The notes under the pieces: generated by a model
Database searches by the model: none
The model's input: the letters and a program-made list of their open reading frames with translations, nothing else
Told to the model about the DNA's origin: nothing
Program-made: the position numbers and the translations under genes
NCBI GenBank assembly: GCA_035604455.1
Contig: DATNIM010000009.1
Span: forward strand, 1,813 to 65,812
Length of the DNA: 64,000 bases
Direction of reading: 5' to 3'
Origin: Gemmatimonadales bacterium
Lineage (GTDB): Bacteria; Gemmatimonadota; Gemmatimonadetes; Gemmatimonadales; GWC2-71-9
Shown: one piece after another, positions 47,614-57,033 of the stretch
Layout: each line of letters begins with the position of its first letter
Position numbering within the stretch: the stretch's first letter is position 1

Positions 47614-48864
47614 TCAGAAGAAGTCCTGGAGCCAACGCTTGAGCGGCGCCACCAGTTTGTCCACGGTCCCGCCTGAGCCCGCGCCTCCGCCACCCGCCTG
47701 CGCGGCGCGGCGCGCGGCGTAGACCGCGAGGCCCGCGGCCACAGCGTAGCGGGGAGCCTGCACGCTGTCCACGAGCCCCGAGATGCCCTGCTCCGGTATT
47801 CCCGCGCGCACCGGCATCGCGAACACCTCTCGTGCAAGTTCGACGCTGCCGGGCAGGTGCGCGGTCCCGCCCGTCAACACGACGCCCGCGGGCAAGCGGC
47901 CCGGCCCGAACCCCGCCCGCTCGAACTCGCGCGCCACGAGTTGAAAGATCTCATCCATACGCTGATGGATGATGTGTGACAACAACTCGCGCGACGTTTG
48001 CCGGGCGCCCTGGCCCGGGGTCGAGGGCAGGGTGATCATCTCCGACGCGTCGACCAGCGGCTGGTAGGCGACGCCGTGGCGCTCCTTCAGCCGCTCGGCG
48101 TCCGCCTGGGTCACGCCGAGCCCCTGCACCAGGTCACTCGTTACGTGCGTGCCCGCCACCTTGAGAGACGCGAGGTGGCGGATCTTCGCTTCGTGAAAGA
48201 TCGCCACCCCGGTCGACCCGCCGCCCACCTCGACCAGCCCGACGCCCAGCTCCTTCTCGTCGTCCGTCAAGACCGCGTAGGAGGCGGCGAGCGGCTCAAG
48301 GACGAGGTCGGCCACCCGATAGCCTGCCCGCTGGACGCTCTTGCGCAGGTTCTGGCCGGCCGTGGACGGGATCGTCACGAGGTACATCTCGACCTCGAGC
48401 CGAGTGCCCGTCATGCCAACCGGGTCAGAGATCCCGCGCTGGTGGTCGACCGTGTACTCCTGCGGGATCCCGTGCAGGAGCTCGTGGTCCCGCCCGAGCG
48501 AAATCGCACGCGCCACCTCGTTCACGCGCTCGACATCGGTCCCGCGAATCTCTTCACTGCTCACGGCCACGACGCCCGAGGAACCGCGCGCGCTCACGTG
48601 CTCACCCGCGACCCCGCAGGTCACGGCGGGCACCTTCGCTCCGGCCATGCGCTCGGCGTCGCGCAGGGCCGCGGCGACCGAGCGCGTGGTCTCGTCGATG
48701 TCCCGGACGATCCCGCGCCGCATCCCAGCACTTTTGGCGAGGCCCACGCCGAGCACCTTGGCCGTCGGGTGCCGCGGCAGGTCCCCGGTAACCTCGGCGA
48801 TCACGGCGCAGGTCTTGGTCGTCCCCAAATCAAGCCCGGCCACGAGCCGGCGGTCGCGCGTCAT
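47614..48864 (-). CDS. ftsA: Cell division protein FtsA
   Basis: 416-aa ORF with an actin-like ATPase fold (GLDLGTTKTCAVIAE, VEVGGGSTGVAIF) and a C-terminal amphipathic helix. Confidence 0.95.
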   Translation of the reverse strand: MTRDRRLVAGLDLGTTKTCAVIAEVTGDLPRHPTAKVLGVGLAKSAGMRRGIVRDIDETTRSVAAALRDAERMAGAKVPAVTCGVAGEHVSARGSSGVVAVSSEEIRGTDVERVNEVARAISLGRDHELLHGIPQEYTVDHQRGISDPVGMTGTRLEVEMYLVTIPSTAGQNLRKSVQRAGYRVADLVLEPLAASYAVLTDDEKELGVGLVEVGGGSTGVAIFHEAKIRHLASLKVAGTHVTSDLVQGLGVTQADAERLKERHGVAYQPLVDASEMITLPSTPGQGARQTSRELLSHIIHQRMDEIFQLVAREFERAGFGPGRLPAGVVLTGGTAHLPGSVELAREVFAMPVRAGIPEQGISGLVDSVQAPRYAVAAGLAVYAARRAAQAGGGGAGSGGTVDKLVAPLKRWLQDFF

Positions 48865-49592
48865 GCGCGACGTCCCCGCGGACGCGCGCGACTGGCGACC
48901 GCGCCGCCGCGGACGACCACCTGACCGGCGAAGCGGGCATCGAGCTCCGTGTAGGGTCGACCCCTCGCCCCAAGATCCCGGGCGACGAGCTCGACCGCCT
49001 GCACATCCGCCGTCTCGGCGTCGCGACGCAGCAGCACGTCGCGGGTCCCGAGCTCGAGCACCACATCCCCCTCCTCGAGCGCGTGCGCACTCGTCACCTG
49101 CGCGTACAGGCTCGGATCCGCCGACTGCACCACGGCCAGCACCCCGATGAGCCCGGAGTCGTCCGAGGCGGCAATCGGCAAGTCGAGCGGCCCGCGACCC
49201 GCCTCGAACGGCAGCGGATGCCCTTTCGCGTCGACCGGCGCGAGTCGCCCGTGCGGACCAGTCACGAACGCCGTGGGCTCAACCTCCGTCACGCGCACCC
49301 GCAGCGTCCCCGGCAACGCGCGCGTGACGCTTGCGTCCGCGACGCCGCCGACACCCCGCACCCGGTCGGCGAGCAGGCGGGTGTCGGTGAACACGCTCGC
49401 GTCGCGCGGCAACCGGAGCGCCGCGAGCACAGCCTCGGGCGCAAGGTGGCGCACGCCCACGAGCTCGACCTGCTGCAGCCGAAAGACCGGAAGTCTCGCG
49501 GCGACCCGGGGCACGGCCACATACCCTGCGGCTATCGTGACGCCGATGCCGAGCGCGAGCGCCGCGGGGCGCGACCGGCGGCGCCTGCTCAT
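48861..49592 (-). CDS. ftsQ: Cell division protein FtsQ (POTRA domain)
   Basis: 243-aa ORF with a single N-terminal TM segment followed by a POTRA-like region (VELVGVRHLAPEAV). Its position between murC and ftsA supports the call. Confidence 0.85.
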   Translation of the reverse strand: MSRRRRSRPAALALGIGVTIAAGYVAVPRVAARLPVFRLQQVELVGVRHLAPEAVLAALRLPRDASVFTDTRLLADRVRGVGGVADASVTRALPGTLRVRVTEVEPTAFVTGPHGRLAPVDAKGHPLPFEAGRGPLDLPIAASDDSGLIGVLAVVQSADPSLYAQVTSAHALEEGDVVLELGTRDVLLRRDAETADVQAVELVARDLGARGRPYTELDARFAGQVVVRGGAVASRARPRGRRA

Positions 49593-50977
49593 CCGGCTCC
49601 CCGCACCCGCGCCTCGAGCTTCGCCAACACCTCAGGGCCCACGGCCGTGATGTCCCCCGCGCCAAGCGTCAGGAGCACGTCGCCCGCGACGAGCAAGCGG
49701 AGAACTGCTCCGGTGACGTCTGCTCGGTCACGGACGCTCACTGTGGGCGCCCCGGCGCGACTTGCGGCCCGCGAGACGAGCTCCGCCGTCACCCCTGGGA
49801 CCGGCGCCTCCCGCGCGCCGAACACGGGCGCGACCACGACCACATCCGCCTCGGCGAGCGCGCGACCCAACGCCTCCCCGTGCAGTGCCGTCCGGGAGAA
49901 GAGGTGCGGCTGAAATGCCGCCACGAGCCGCCGCCCCGGAAACACCTGCCGCGCCCCGTCGAGCGTCGCCGCGACTTCGGTCGGGTGGTGCGCATAGTCG
50001 TCCACGACCGTGATCCCCGCCTTGGTGCCCAGTCGCTCAAACCGACGCGCCACGCCGCTGAACCGCTCGAGCGCCTGGGCGGCAAGGTTCAGATCGACGT
50101 CCAGCGCGGCCGCCACCGCGAGTGCCACGGCGGCGTTGCGCACGTTGTGCTGACCCGGCACTCGGAGCGCGAGGCGGATCTCCCGCGCATCGGGCATCAC
50201 GAGCCGCGCCTGCGATCCGGCCGGACCGAACTCGGCCGCGGCGATCCGCACATCGGCGCCCTCAGCGAACCCTACGCGCCACACCGGGACACCCGCCGCG
50301 TCCGCAACGCGGAGCGCCCCCGGGTCATCGGCGCCGACGATCAATCGCTCGGCCGGCCGCGCGAACTCGACGAACGCTGCTTCGAGCGCCGTGAGCGTAC
50401 CGTAGCACTCGAGGTGGTCCGCCTCAACGTTCGTCACCACGGCGATCGTGGGCCGCAGCGAGAGGAACGCTCGATCGAACTCATCCGCCTCGGCGACGAA
50501 GAGATCGCGGCCACCGACGCGGGCGTTCCCATGCCACCCTGCGACACGGCCGCCGGCGAATCCCGTGGGGTTTCGCCCGGCGGCCGTCAACGCCTCCGTG
50601 ACCATCACCGTGGTCGTGGTCTTGCCGTGGGTTCCTGCCACGGCCACCACGGTCCCGCCCGTCATGGCCTCGCCGAGGGCGTCGGCCCGCCGCACTATCG
50701 GTATCCCCTGCGCCCGAGCCCGCACGAGCTCGGGATGCTCACGACTCACCGCCGCGCTCACCACCACTGCCCGCACCCCGTCGACATGCGACGGGTCATG
50801 CCCTCCCCAGATCTCCACCCCCAGGGCTGCCAAATCGGCGGCTCCCGAGGGGTCCTTATCACAGCCTGTGACGGCGAGACCTTGGTGCTTGGCCAGGAGC
50901 GCTAACCCGCTCATCCCTGCCCCTGCCACCCCCATGAAGTGAATCGGGCGGGGGTCGCCCGCTCTAAACAAGGTCAT
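49589..50977 (-). CDS. murC: UDP-N-acetylmuramate--L-alanine ligase
   Basis: 462-aa ORF with IHFMGVAGAGMSGLA and AVAGTHGKTTTT. Confidence 0.95.
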   Translation of the reverse strand: MTLFRAGDPRPIHFMGVAGAGMSGLALLAKHQGLAVTGCDKDPSGAADLAALGVEIWGGHDPSHVDGVRAVVVSAAVSREHPELVRARAQGIPIVRRADALGEAMTGGTVVAVAGTHGKTTTTVMVTEALTAAGRNPTGFAGGRVAGWHGNARVGGRDLFVAEADEFDRAFLSLRPTIAVVTNVEADHLECYGTLTALEAAFVEFARPAERLIVGADDPGALRVADAAGVPVWRVGFAEGADVRIAAAEFGPAGSQARLVMPDAREIRLALRVPGQHNVRNAAVALAVAAALDVDLNLAAQALERFSGVARRFERLGTKAGITVVDDYAHHPTEVAATLDGARQVFPGRRLVAAFQPHLFSRTALHGEALGRALAEADVVVVAPVFGAREAPVPGVTAELVSRAASRAGAPTVSVRDRADVTGAVLRLLVAGDVLLTLGAGDITAVGPEVLAKLEARVRGAG

Positions 50978-50989
50978 TAGTGGAGGGCT

Positions 50990-51018
50990 AATATAGCGAA
51001 ACTACTAAACTTGTGAAA
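50990..51018 (-). promoter_or_regulatory. Candidate internal dcw promoter upstream of murC
   Basis: The minus strand reads TTTCAC(A)-16/17 nt-TATATT inside a 52-bp AT-rich intergenic island. There are 12 nt between the -10 and the murC ATG, and no SD. Confidence 0.5.
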
Positions 51019-51029
51019 GACTGCGCTTT

Positions 51030-52118
51030 TCAGGGGATGAGTGTCAATATTTTTGACGCGATGTCCCGCGCGGCGTCGGGGTGGCCTCGAGCCCGGGCGT
51101 GGGAGGCGAGCGACGCCAGTCGCGATTGGTCCGCGAGGAGCGACGTGATGGCGTGTGCCAGGGACTCAGGGGACAGATCCATTTCGCGGAGGAGCATGGC
51201 GGCCCCGGCCTCGGCGAGTGCGCGCGCGTTTGAGGTCTGATGATCGGCTGCGGCTCGAGCGAAGGGCACGAGGACGCTCGGTTTGCCGAGGGCGCACAGC
51301 TCCGCCACGGTCATCGCCCCGGCCCGCGAGACCACGAGGTCGCTTGCCCCGTAGGCCTCCGCAATGGGATCGAAGAAGTCGCGCACGACGACGCGACCTG
51401 CGACCGCGAGACGCATGAGGGCGGGCGCGTGCGCGCGCCCCGCGCCCCAGAGCACGCTCCAGTCGCTGAGGAGACCCTGCTCGAGTGCTCGTGCGAGGGC
51501 GCCGTTCAGGACGCGGGCGCCCTGGCTCCCTCCGACGACGAAGACGCACGAGCGGGCGGGATCGAGTCCGAAGGCCTGCCGGGCCGCGGCAGCGTCCGCG
51601 GACCCGGCCTGGGTTCTGATGGGGTTGCCGAACGCGAACACCTCGGTGTCACGGCCGGCGTGGATCCGCGACGCGGCCTCCGGGAACCCGAGGTGCACCT
51701 GTCGCGCGCGGCGCGCGAGCCAGCGGGTCGTGATCCCGGGAAACGCGTTCGCCTCCTGGAGCACGGTCGGCACGCGGCGCCGTTGCGCGCACCAGAGGAG
51801 CGGGCCCGCCACGTACCCGCCGGTCCCGACGACCACGGCCGGTCGCTCGATGTCGACCACGCGGTTCACGGCACGAAGGACGTCCCCGACGCGATACACC
51901 CAGCGCAGGTTGCGCCACCACGCTCCCCGGTACAGCGGCTCGAGCTCGAGGAGGTAGTAACGGTAGGAGTAGCGTGGCAGGAGGTCCGCCTCGATCCCGC
52001 GGCGCGCGCCGACGAGGACGACCTCGAGGTCTCGGCGGGCCCCGCGGAGCGCGTCCGCGATGGCGAGCGCCGGCATCAGATGGCCGCCCGTGCCGCCGCC
52101 CGCGACGAGCACCTTCAC
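51030..52118 (-). CDS. murG: Lipid II glycosyltransferase MurG
   Basis: Part of ORF 51030..52406 from the GTG at 52118 (VKVLVAGGGTGGHLMPALA). It has a GTGA overlap with the ftsW stop. Confidence 0.93.
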   Translation of the reverse strand: MKVLVAGGGTGGHLMPALAIADALRGARRDLEVVLVGARRGIEADLLPRYSYRYYLLELEPLYRGAWWRNLRWVYRVGDVLRAVNRVVDIERPAVVVGTGGYVAGPLLWCAQRRRVPTVLQEANAFPGITTRWLARRARQVHLGFPEAASRIHAGRDTEVFAFGNPIRTQAGSADAAAARQAFGLDPARSCVFVVGGSQGARVLNGALARALEQGLLSDWSVLWGAGRAHAPALMRLAVAGRVVVRDFFDPIAEAYGASDLVVSRAGAMTVAELCALGKPSVLVPFARAAADHQTSNARALAEAGAAMLLREMDLSPESLAHAITSLLADQSRLASLASHARARGHPDAARDIASKILTLIP

Positions 52119-53191
52119 CGCGCGCGCTTCCGTCCTTCGCCGACGCTCACGAGCACGCCGGTGACGACGAGCGACATGAACAGCCCAGTGCGTCCATACG
52201 AGACGAAGGGCAGCGTGACACCGGTGGCCGGGAGAACCGCAAGCGTGACGCCGACGTGGAGGATCGCGGAGATCCCGATCAGGGCCGTGAGGCCGATCGC
52301 GAGCAGCTGGCCGAATCGATCGCTCGCCGAGCGGGCGATGCGAAATCCGAGCCACACGTAGGTCGCGAAGATGGCCAGCAGCACCGCGACCCCCAAGAAC
52401 CCCCACTCCTCCCCGATGGTCGAGAAGATGAAGTCCGAGTACGCATACGGGAGGTATCCCAGCTTTTGCTGTCCCTCGCCCAGCCCGACGCCCAACAACC
52501 GCCCGGCCCCCATACCGATTAATGACTGATGCACCTGCCAGCGCGCTTCCGCCGGAGCGCTGCCGGGGTTCAGGAACGTGAGCACCCGGGCGAGCCGGTA
52601 CTGGGCGCTCTCGACCGCGCCGAAGACGAGCGGCGCGCCCACCACGGCGAGCGCAAGGAAGTGCCCGATTCGCGCGCCTGCGCTGAACAGAACGACGCCC
52701 GCGAGGATGGCGACGAGCAGGGCCATGGAGAGGTTCGGCTCAAAGAAGATGAGCGCGAGAACCGGTCCCAGCACGACGAGCACGGGCACGACCCCACGGC
52801 CAAATACGCGGATCAACTCGCCTTTCTTGGCGGCGAACATCGCGGTCCACGCGACGACGGTGAACTTCGCGAGCTCGGAAGGCTGCAGGGTAAAGACGCC
52901 CAGATTGACCCACCGGCGAGCGCCGTTGATGGCGGGAGCGACGGCCCGGGTGAACGGGAGGAGCGGGACGAGCAGGAGCACGGCCGTGAGTACCAACAGG
53001 GGCCACGCGGCGCGTTGCCACCTGTGGTAATCGAGTCGGGCGACGAGTGTTGCCGCCACACCCCCGGCCAGCACGCCCACGAGTTGGCGGAGGGCGAATC
53101 CCGCACCGGCGTCGCCGTCCGGCGCCGGCACGAGGCTCGAGGCGCCGTACACTGCCACGAGTCCCACCACGACAAGGATACCGGTGAGCAA
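52115..53191 (-). CDS. ftsW: SEDS-family cell division protein FtsW
   Basis: 358-aa polytopic ORF with SEDS motifs (INGARRWV, QPSELAKF, LGEGQQKLGYLPYAYSDFIFS). The true start is probably the in-frame CTG at 53227 (see findings). Confidence 0.9.
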   Translation of the reverse strand: MLTGILVVVGLVAVYGASSLVPAPDGDAGAGFALRQLVGVLAGGVAATLVARLDYHRWQRAAWPLLVLTAVLLLVPLLPFTRAVAPAINGARRWVNLGVFTLQPSELAKFTVVAWTAMFAAKKGELIRVFGRGVVPVLVVLGPVLALIFFEPNLSMALLVAILAGVVLFSAGARIGHFLALAVVGAPLVFGAVESAQYRLARVLTFLNPGSAPAEARWQVHQSLIGMGAGRLLGVGLGEGQQKLGYLPYAYSDFIFSTIGEEWGFLGVAVLLAIFATYVWLGFRIARSASDRFGQLLAIGLTALIGISAILHVGVTLAVLPATGVTLPFVSYGRTGLFMSLVVTGVLVSVGEGRKRAR

Positions 53192-53223
53192 GCCGAGGAG
53201 GCGCGTCTCCCAGCGATGCTCCG

Positions 53224-54561
53224 TCAGAACGCTTCCACGAGGCCGCGAAACGTCGCGCCCCGCTCCTCGTAGTTCGTGAACATGTCGTAGCTCGAGCAGG
53301 CCGGGGACAGGAGGACGGCGTCGCCGGGCCGCGCGGCGGCCCGCGCCCGGCGGACCACGTCCGCAAAGTCGCTCGCGTCCGCCACGGGCACGGCGCCATC
53401 CAGGTCCCGCCGCACGAGCGGGCCCGCCTCTCCGAAGGCGATCACCAGCCGGCAGCGGGCGGCGAGGAGCGGGCCGAGCCGCGTGTAGGGCTCGCCCTTG
53501 TGTCGGCCGCCCAACAGGATCACGAACGGCCGGTCCATGGCGGCGATCGCCACGGCCGTGGACGCGACGTTGGTCGCCTTGGAGTCGTTGACCCAGCGCA
53601 CGCCGCCGACCTCTCGCACGAGCTCGAGCCGGTGGGGCAGCGCGCGAAACGTCCGCAGGGCTCGCGCCACGTCCCCGAGCGCGACCCCCGCCGTCTCGGC
53701 AGCGAGGCTCGCAGCGAGGGCGTTGGCGACGTTGTGGTCACCGAGGAGCTGGAGCTCGTCGCGCGCGACGAGCGATGCGTCGCCGATCCGCAGCGTCCGA
53801 GCCGATCGATCGAACCAGCCGTCGGCGCGGCGCTCGACCGAGAACAGGCGCGAGCGGCCAGGGACGCCGCGCGCCAAGTCCTGCGCGGTCGGATCATCGC
53901 CGTTCAGGACCCAGATGGAATCCGGGGCCGCGTTGCGGAAGAGCAGCCGTTTGTCCGCGTAGTAGTCGGCGACCGAAGCGTACCGGTCGAGGTGGTCGGG
54001 GGCGAGGTTCGTGAGCACGCCCACCGCCGGGGCGAAATGCGGGCTGTCGTGGAGCTGAAAGGAGGAGACTTCGACCACGAGCCACGCGGGGCGCTCCTCG
54101 CTTGCGGCCACATCCGACAGCGGGCGTCCGATGTTCCCGGCCGCCGCGACCGCCACGCCGCCCGTCTCGAGCAGGTGGGCGGTGAGCGCCGTGGTGGTGG
54201 TCTTCCCGTTCGTGCCGGTGACCGCGATCACGTGCTGGCGCTCAAGCGCCTGGAACCCGAGGTCGAGCTCCGCCACGATCGGCACGCGCGCTTCGCGCGC
54301 CGCGGCGAGCGGGGGCGCGGTTGGGGGCACGCCGGGCGAGACCACGACGGCACGGGCCCGCCTGATGCGCGCGAGGTCGTGCCTCCCAAGCTCAACCGTC
54401 ACGCGAGGCAGTCGGCCAACGTCCGCGGGCACTGCGGGGCTCGCCGCGTCACTGGCGTAGACCGCCACCCCGGCGTGCACGAGCAACCGGGTCGCCGCCA
54501 CGCCGCTTCGTCCGAGTCCTACGACCGCCACTTCGCCTGCCCGCCACGACTCCGGGATCAT
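53224..54561 (-). CDS. murD: UDP-N-acetylmuramoylalanine--D-glutamate ligase
   Basis: Last 445 aa of ORF 53224..55542, from MIPESWRAGEVAVVGLGRSG. It has VTGTNGKTTTT. It has an ATGA overlap with the mraY stop. Confidence 0.93.
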   Translation of the reverse strand: MIPESWRAGEVAVVGLGRSGVAATRLLVHAGVAVYASDAASPAVPADVGRLPRVTVELGRHDLARIRRARAVVVSPGVPPTAPPLAAAREARVPIVAELDLGFQALERQHVIAVTGTNGKTTTTALTAHLLETGGVAVAAAGNIGRPLSDVAASEERPAWLVVEVSSFQLHDSPHFAPAVGVLTNLAPDHLDRYASVADYYADKRLLFRNAAPDSIWVLNGDDPTAQDLARGVPGRSRLFSVERRADGWFDRSARTLRIGDASLVARDELQLLGDHNVANALAASLAAETAGVALGDVARALRTFRALPHRLELVREVGGVRWVNDSKATNVASTAVAIAAMDRPFVILLGGRHKGEPYTRLGPLLAARCRLVIAFGEAGPLVRRDLDGAVPVADASDFADVVRRARAAARPGDAVLLSPACSSYDMFTNYEERGATFRGLVEAF

Positions 54562-55679
54562 CGCACCTTGAGCGTGGCCAGCGCGATCGCCGCGGCGAGC
54601 ACGCCCAGGATGTAGAAGCGCATCACCACTTGCGGCTCTGCCCAGCCGAGTTTTTCGAAGTGATGGTGCAGCGGTGCCATGCGAAAGACCCGGTGGGCAT
54701 CCGCGTACTCCCGGCCGCGGCGCCGTTTGCGCCACCGGTAGACACCGGTCTGGATGAGCACGGACCCCGCTTCCGCGACGAACACGGCTCCGGCGATGAG
54801 CAGCAGAAACTCGGCCTTGAGCATGATGGCCACGGTGCCGAGGGCCCCACCGATCGCGAGGGCCCCGGTGTCGCCCATGAACACCTGCGCCGGATGCGCG
54901 TTGAACCAGAGAAACCCGAGCGCCGCTCCGAGCAGGGCGCCGCAAAAGATCGTGAGCTCGCCCGCGCCGGGCAGGTAGTAGAGGCCCAGGTAGCGGGCCG
55001 CGTCGAAGCGCCCAAAGAGATAGGCGAAGATGGCGAAACTTCCCGCCGTGATCGCCGTGAGCCCGCTCGCTAAGCCGTCGAGCCCGTCGGTGAGGTTGAC
55101 GGCATTCGAGCTGCCCGTGAGCACGATCGTGACGAACAGGACGTAGAGAGGCGGCCAGAAGGTGAGCAGGTAGTACTTGAAGAGCGGCACCTGCGTCGAC
55201 GCGGCCCGGAGGGTGCCCGCGAGGGGCCAGAGCAACAGGAAGAGGCCGAGCGCGAGGCCGAGTGAGACCTGGCCGGCAAGCTTCCAGCGAGCCACCAGCC
55301 CTTGCGACTTGCCCCGAACGATTTTCAGGAAGTCGTCCACGACCCCGATCGCGCCCATCCACAACGTCGCCACCAGCGCGACGACGACGTAGCGGCTGTC
55401 CAAGCGGGCCCACAGGATGGTCGGCACGATCGTGGCGAGCAAAATGATGAGCCCGCCCATCGTAGGCGTCCCGCGCTTCCCCTGATGACTCGCCGGGCCT
55501 TCGGCGCGGATGATCTGGCCGACCTTGTGGCGTCGCAACCAATCGATGATCGGCGGCCCGAAGACGAAGGCGACGAACAGCGCGGTGACGGTGGCGGCGG
55601 CCGCGCGGAAGGTGATGTAGTTGAGGAGATTGAAGACGATGTACTTCTTGGCGAGCGGGGAGAGGAGGTAATAGAGCAC
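54558..55679 (-). CDS. mraY: Phospho-N-acetylmuramoyl-pentapeptide transferase
   Basis: Part of ORF 54558..55946 from the GTG at 55679 (VLYYLLSPL...). Motifs are KRGTPTMGG, NAVNLTDGLDGLA and PLHHHFE. Confidence 0.95.
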   Translation of the reverse strand: MLYYLLSPLAKKYIVFNLLNYITFRAAAATVTALFVAFVFGPPIIDWLRRHKVGQIIRAEGPASHQGKRGTPTMGGLIILLATIVPTILWARLDSRYVVVALVATLWMGAIGVVDDFLKIVRGKSQGLVARWKLAGQVSLGLALGLFLLLWPLAGTLRAASTQVPLFKYYLLTFWPPLYVLFVTIVLTGSSNAVNLTDGLDGLASGLTAITAGSFAIFAYLFGRFDAARYLGLYYLPGAGELTIFCGALLGAALGFLWFNAHPAQVFMGDTGALAIGGALGTVAIMLKAEFLLLIAGAVFVAEAGSVLIQTGVYRWRKRRRGREYADAHRVFRMAPLHHHFEKLGWAEPQVVMRFYILGVLAAAIALATLKVR

Positions 55680-55698
55680 GTCGGTCCCCGGGGTCCTC

Positions 55699-57033
55699 TC
55701 AGTTGAGGTGCGGCAGCACGCGCTCGAGCCCGACGCCCCGTGACGCCTTGAGCAGCACGACCTCATCGCCGCGGAGGGCGGCGCGCAACGGCGGCCCGAG
55801 GCTCGCGGCGTCGGGGGCCGTGAGCAAGCGCGATCCCAACTGGGGCGCGAAAGCGCCGAACGCCGTCGCAAACTCGCCCACGGCCGCGACGAGCGCTGGG
55901 GTGAGGGCCATGATTTCCGCCGCCGCGGCCGCGTGCAATCTGGCACTCTCCGCCCCCAATTCCAACATCGACCCGACCACGACGGCGAGCGGCCGCTCGC
56001 GCTGCGCGGCGAGCCACTGGGCGAACCGGAGGGCCGCCCGAAGCGAGCCGGGGTTCGCGTTGTAAGTGTCGTCGATCACGGTCAGCCGTCCCCGCTGCAC
56101 GACGTTGGCCCGGCCCGGCGGCAACCGCACGGCGGCGAGGGCCCCCACCGCTTGCGCGGGGTCGGCGCCGGCCGCCCGGGCGGCGGCGAGGGCCAGCATC
56201 GCGTTGTCCACCTGATGGAATCCCACGACACCGAGGGTCACCTCGCCCCCAGCCCACCGAATGCGCGCGTAGCCCTCCGGGTCGAGCGCGGCAACGTCGG
56301 GGTGCACGTCGGCGCCCCGATCCGCGCCCGCGACGAGCGTGGGGGCGCGCCGCCGCGCCTCGACCGCGAGCTCCGGCGGCTCGAGCCCCACCACGGCGAG
56401 CGGGACGCCTTCGGTCAAGGAGACCTTCTCCGCGAGCACGCCAGCCAAGCTGCCGAAGCCCGCCACGTGCGCGTAACTCACGTTCGTCACCACGGCGATC
56501 GTGGGCTCGATGATCGCGCGGAGCCGGGCGATCTCGCCCGGGATGCTGGCACCCGCCTCGACGACGAGCGCCGTCGTCTCCTCGGGCGCTTCGAGGATCG
56601 TCAGGGGCACCCCGATCAGGTTGTTCAGGTTCCCGGTCGTGGCGTGCACGCGCCAGGCCGTGCCGAAGGCGGCCCGCAGCATTTCTTTCGTGCTCGTCTT
56701 CCCGCTCGACCCGGTGACCGCGACGACGGGGCCTGCGACTCGGCGCCGCCGCGCGCGCGCCAGACGGCCTAGGGCCTCGAGCGTATCGTCGACCTCGAAG
56801 GCAACGAGACTGGGGATCTCGGGCGTGCCCCGGCGGACGACGGCACCCAGGGCGCCCCGGGCCTTGGCCTCCGCGAGAAACGCGTGCCCATCGAACCGCG
56901 GACCCGCCAGTGCGACGAAGAGATCCCCGGGCTCGAGCGCCCGGGTGTCGGTCGAGACCCGACGGAACCGACCCGCGGCCGGGCGCGGCGTGCCGAGGGC
57001 AGCGGCGACGGCGTCCGCCGTCCACGCGGTCAC
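55699..57033 (-). CDS. murF: UDP-N-acetylmuramoyl-tripeptide--D-alanyl-D-alanine ligase
   Basis: 444-aa ORF with VTGSSGKTSTKEM and the Mur ligase middle and C-terminal domains. Confidence 0.92.
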   Translation of the reverse strand: MTAWTADAVAAALGTPRPAAGRFRRVSTDTRALEPGDLFVALAGPRFDGHAFLAEAKARGALGAVVRRGTPEIPSLVAFEVDDTLEALGRLARARRRRVAGPVVAVTGSSGKTSTKEMLRAAFGTAWRVHATTGNLNNLIGVPLTILEAPEETTALVVEAGASIPGEIARLRAIIEPTIAVVTNVSYAHVAGFGSLAGVLAEKVSLTEGVPLAVVGLEPPELAVEARRRAPTLVAGADRGADVHPDVAALDPEGYARIRWAGGEVTLGVVGFHQVDNAMLALAAARAAGADPAQAVGALAAVRLPPGRANVVQRGRLTVIDDTYNANPGSLRAALRFAQWLAAQRERPLAVVVGSMLELGAESARLHAAAAAEIMALTPALVAAVGEFATAFGAFAPQLGSRLLTAPDAASLGPPLRAALRGDEVVLLKASRGVGLERVLPHLN

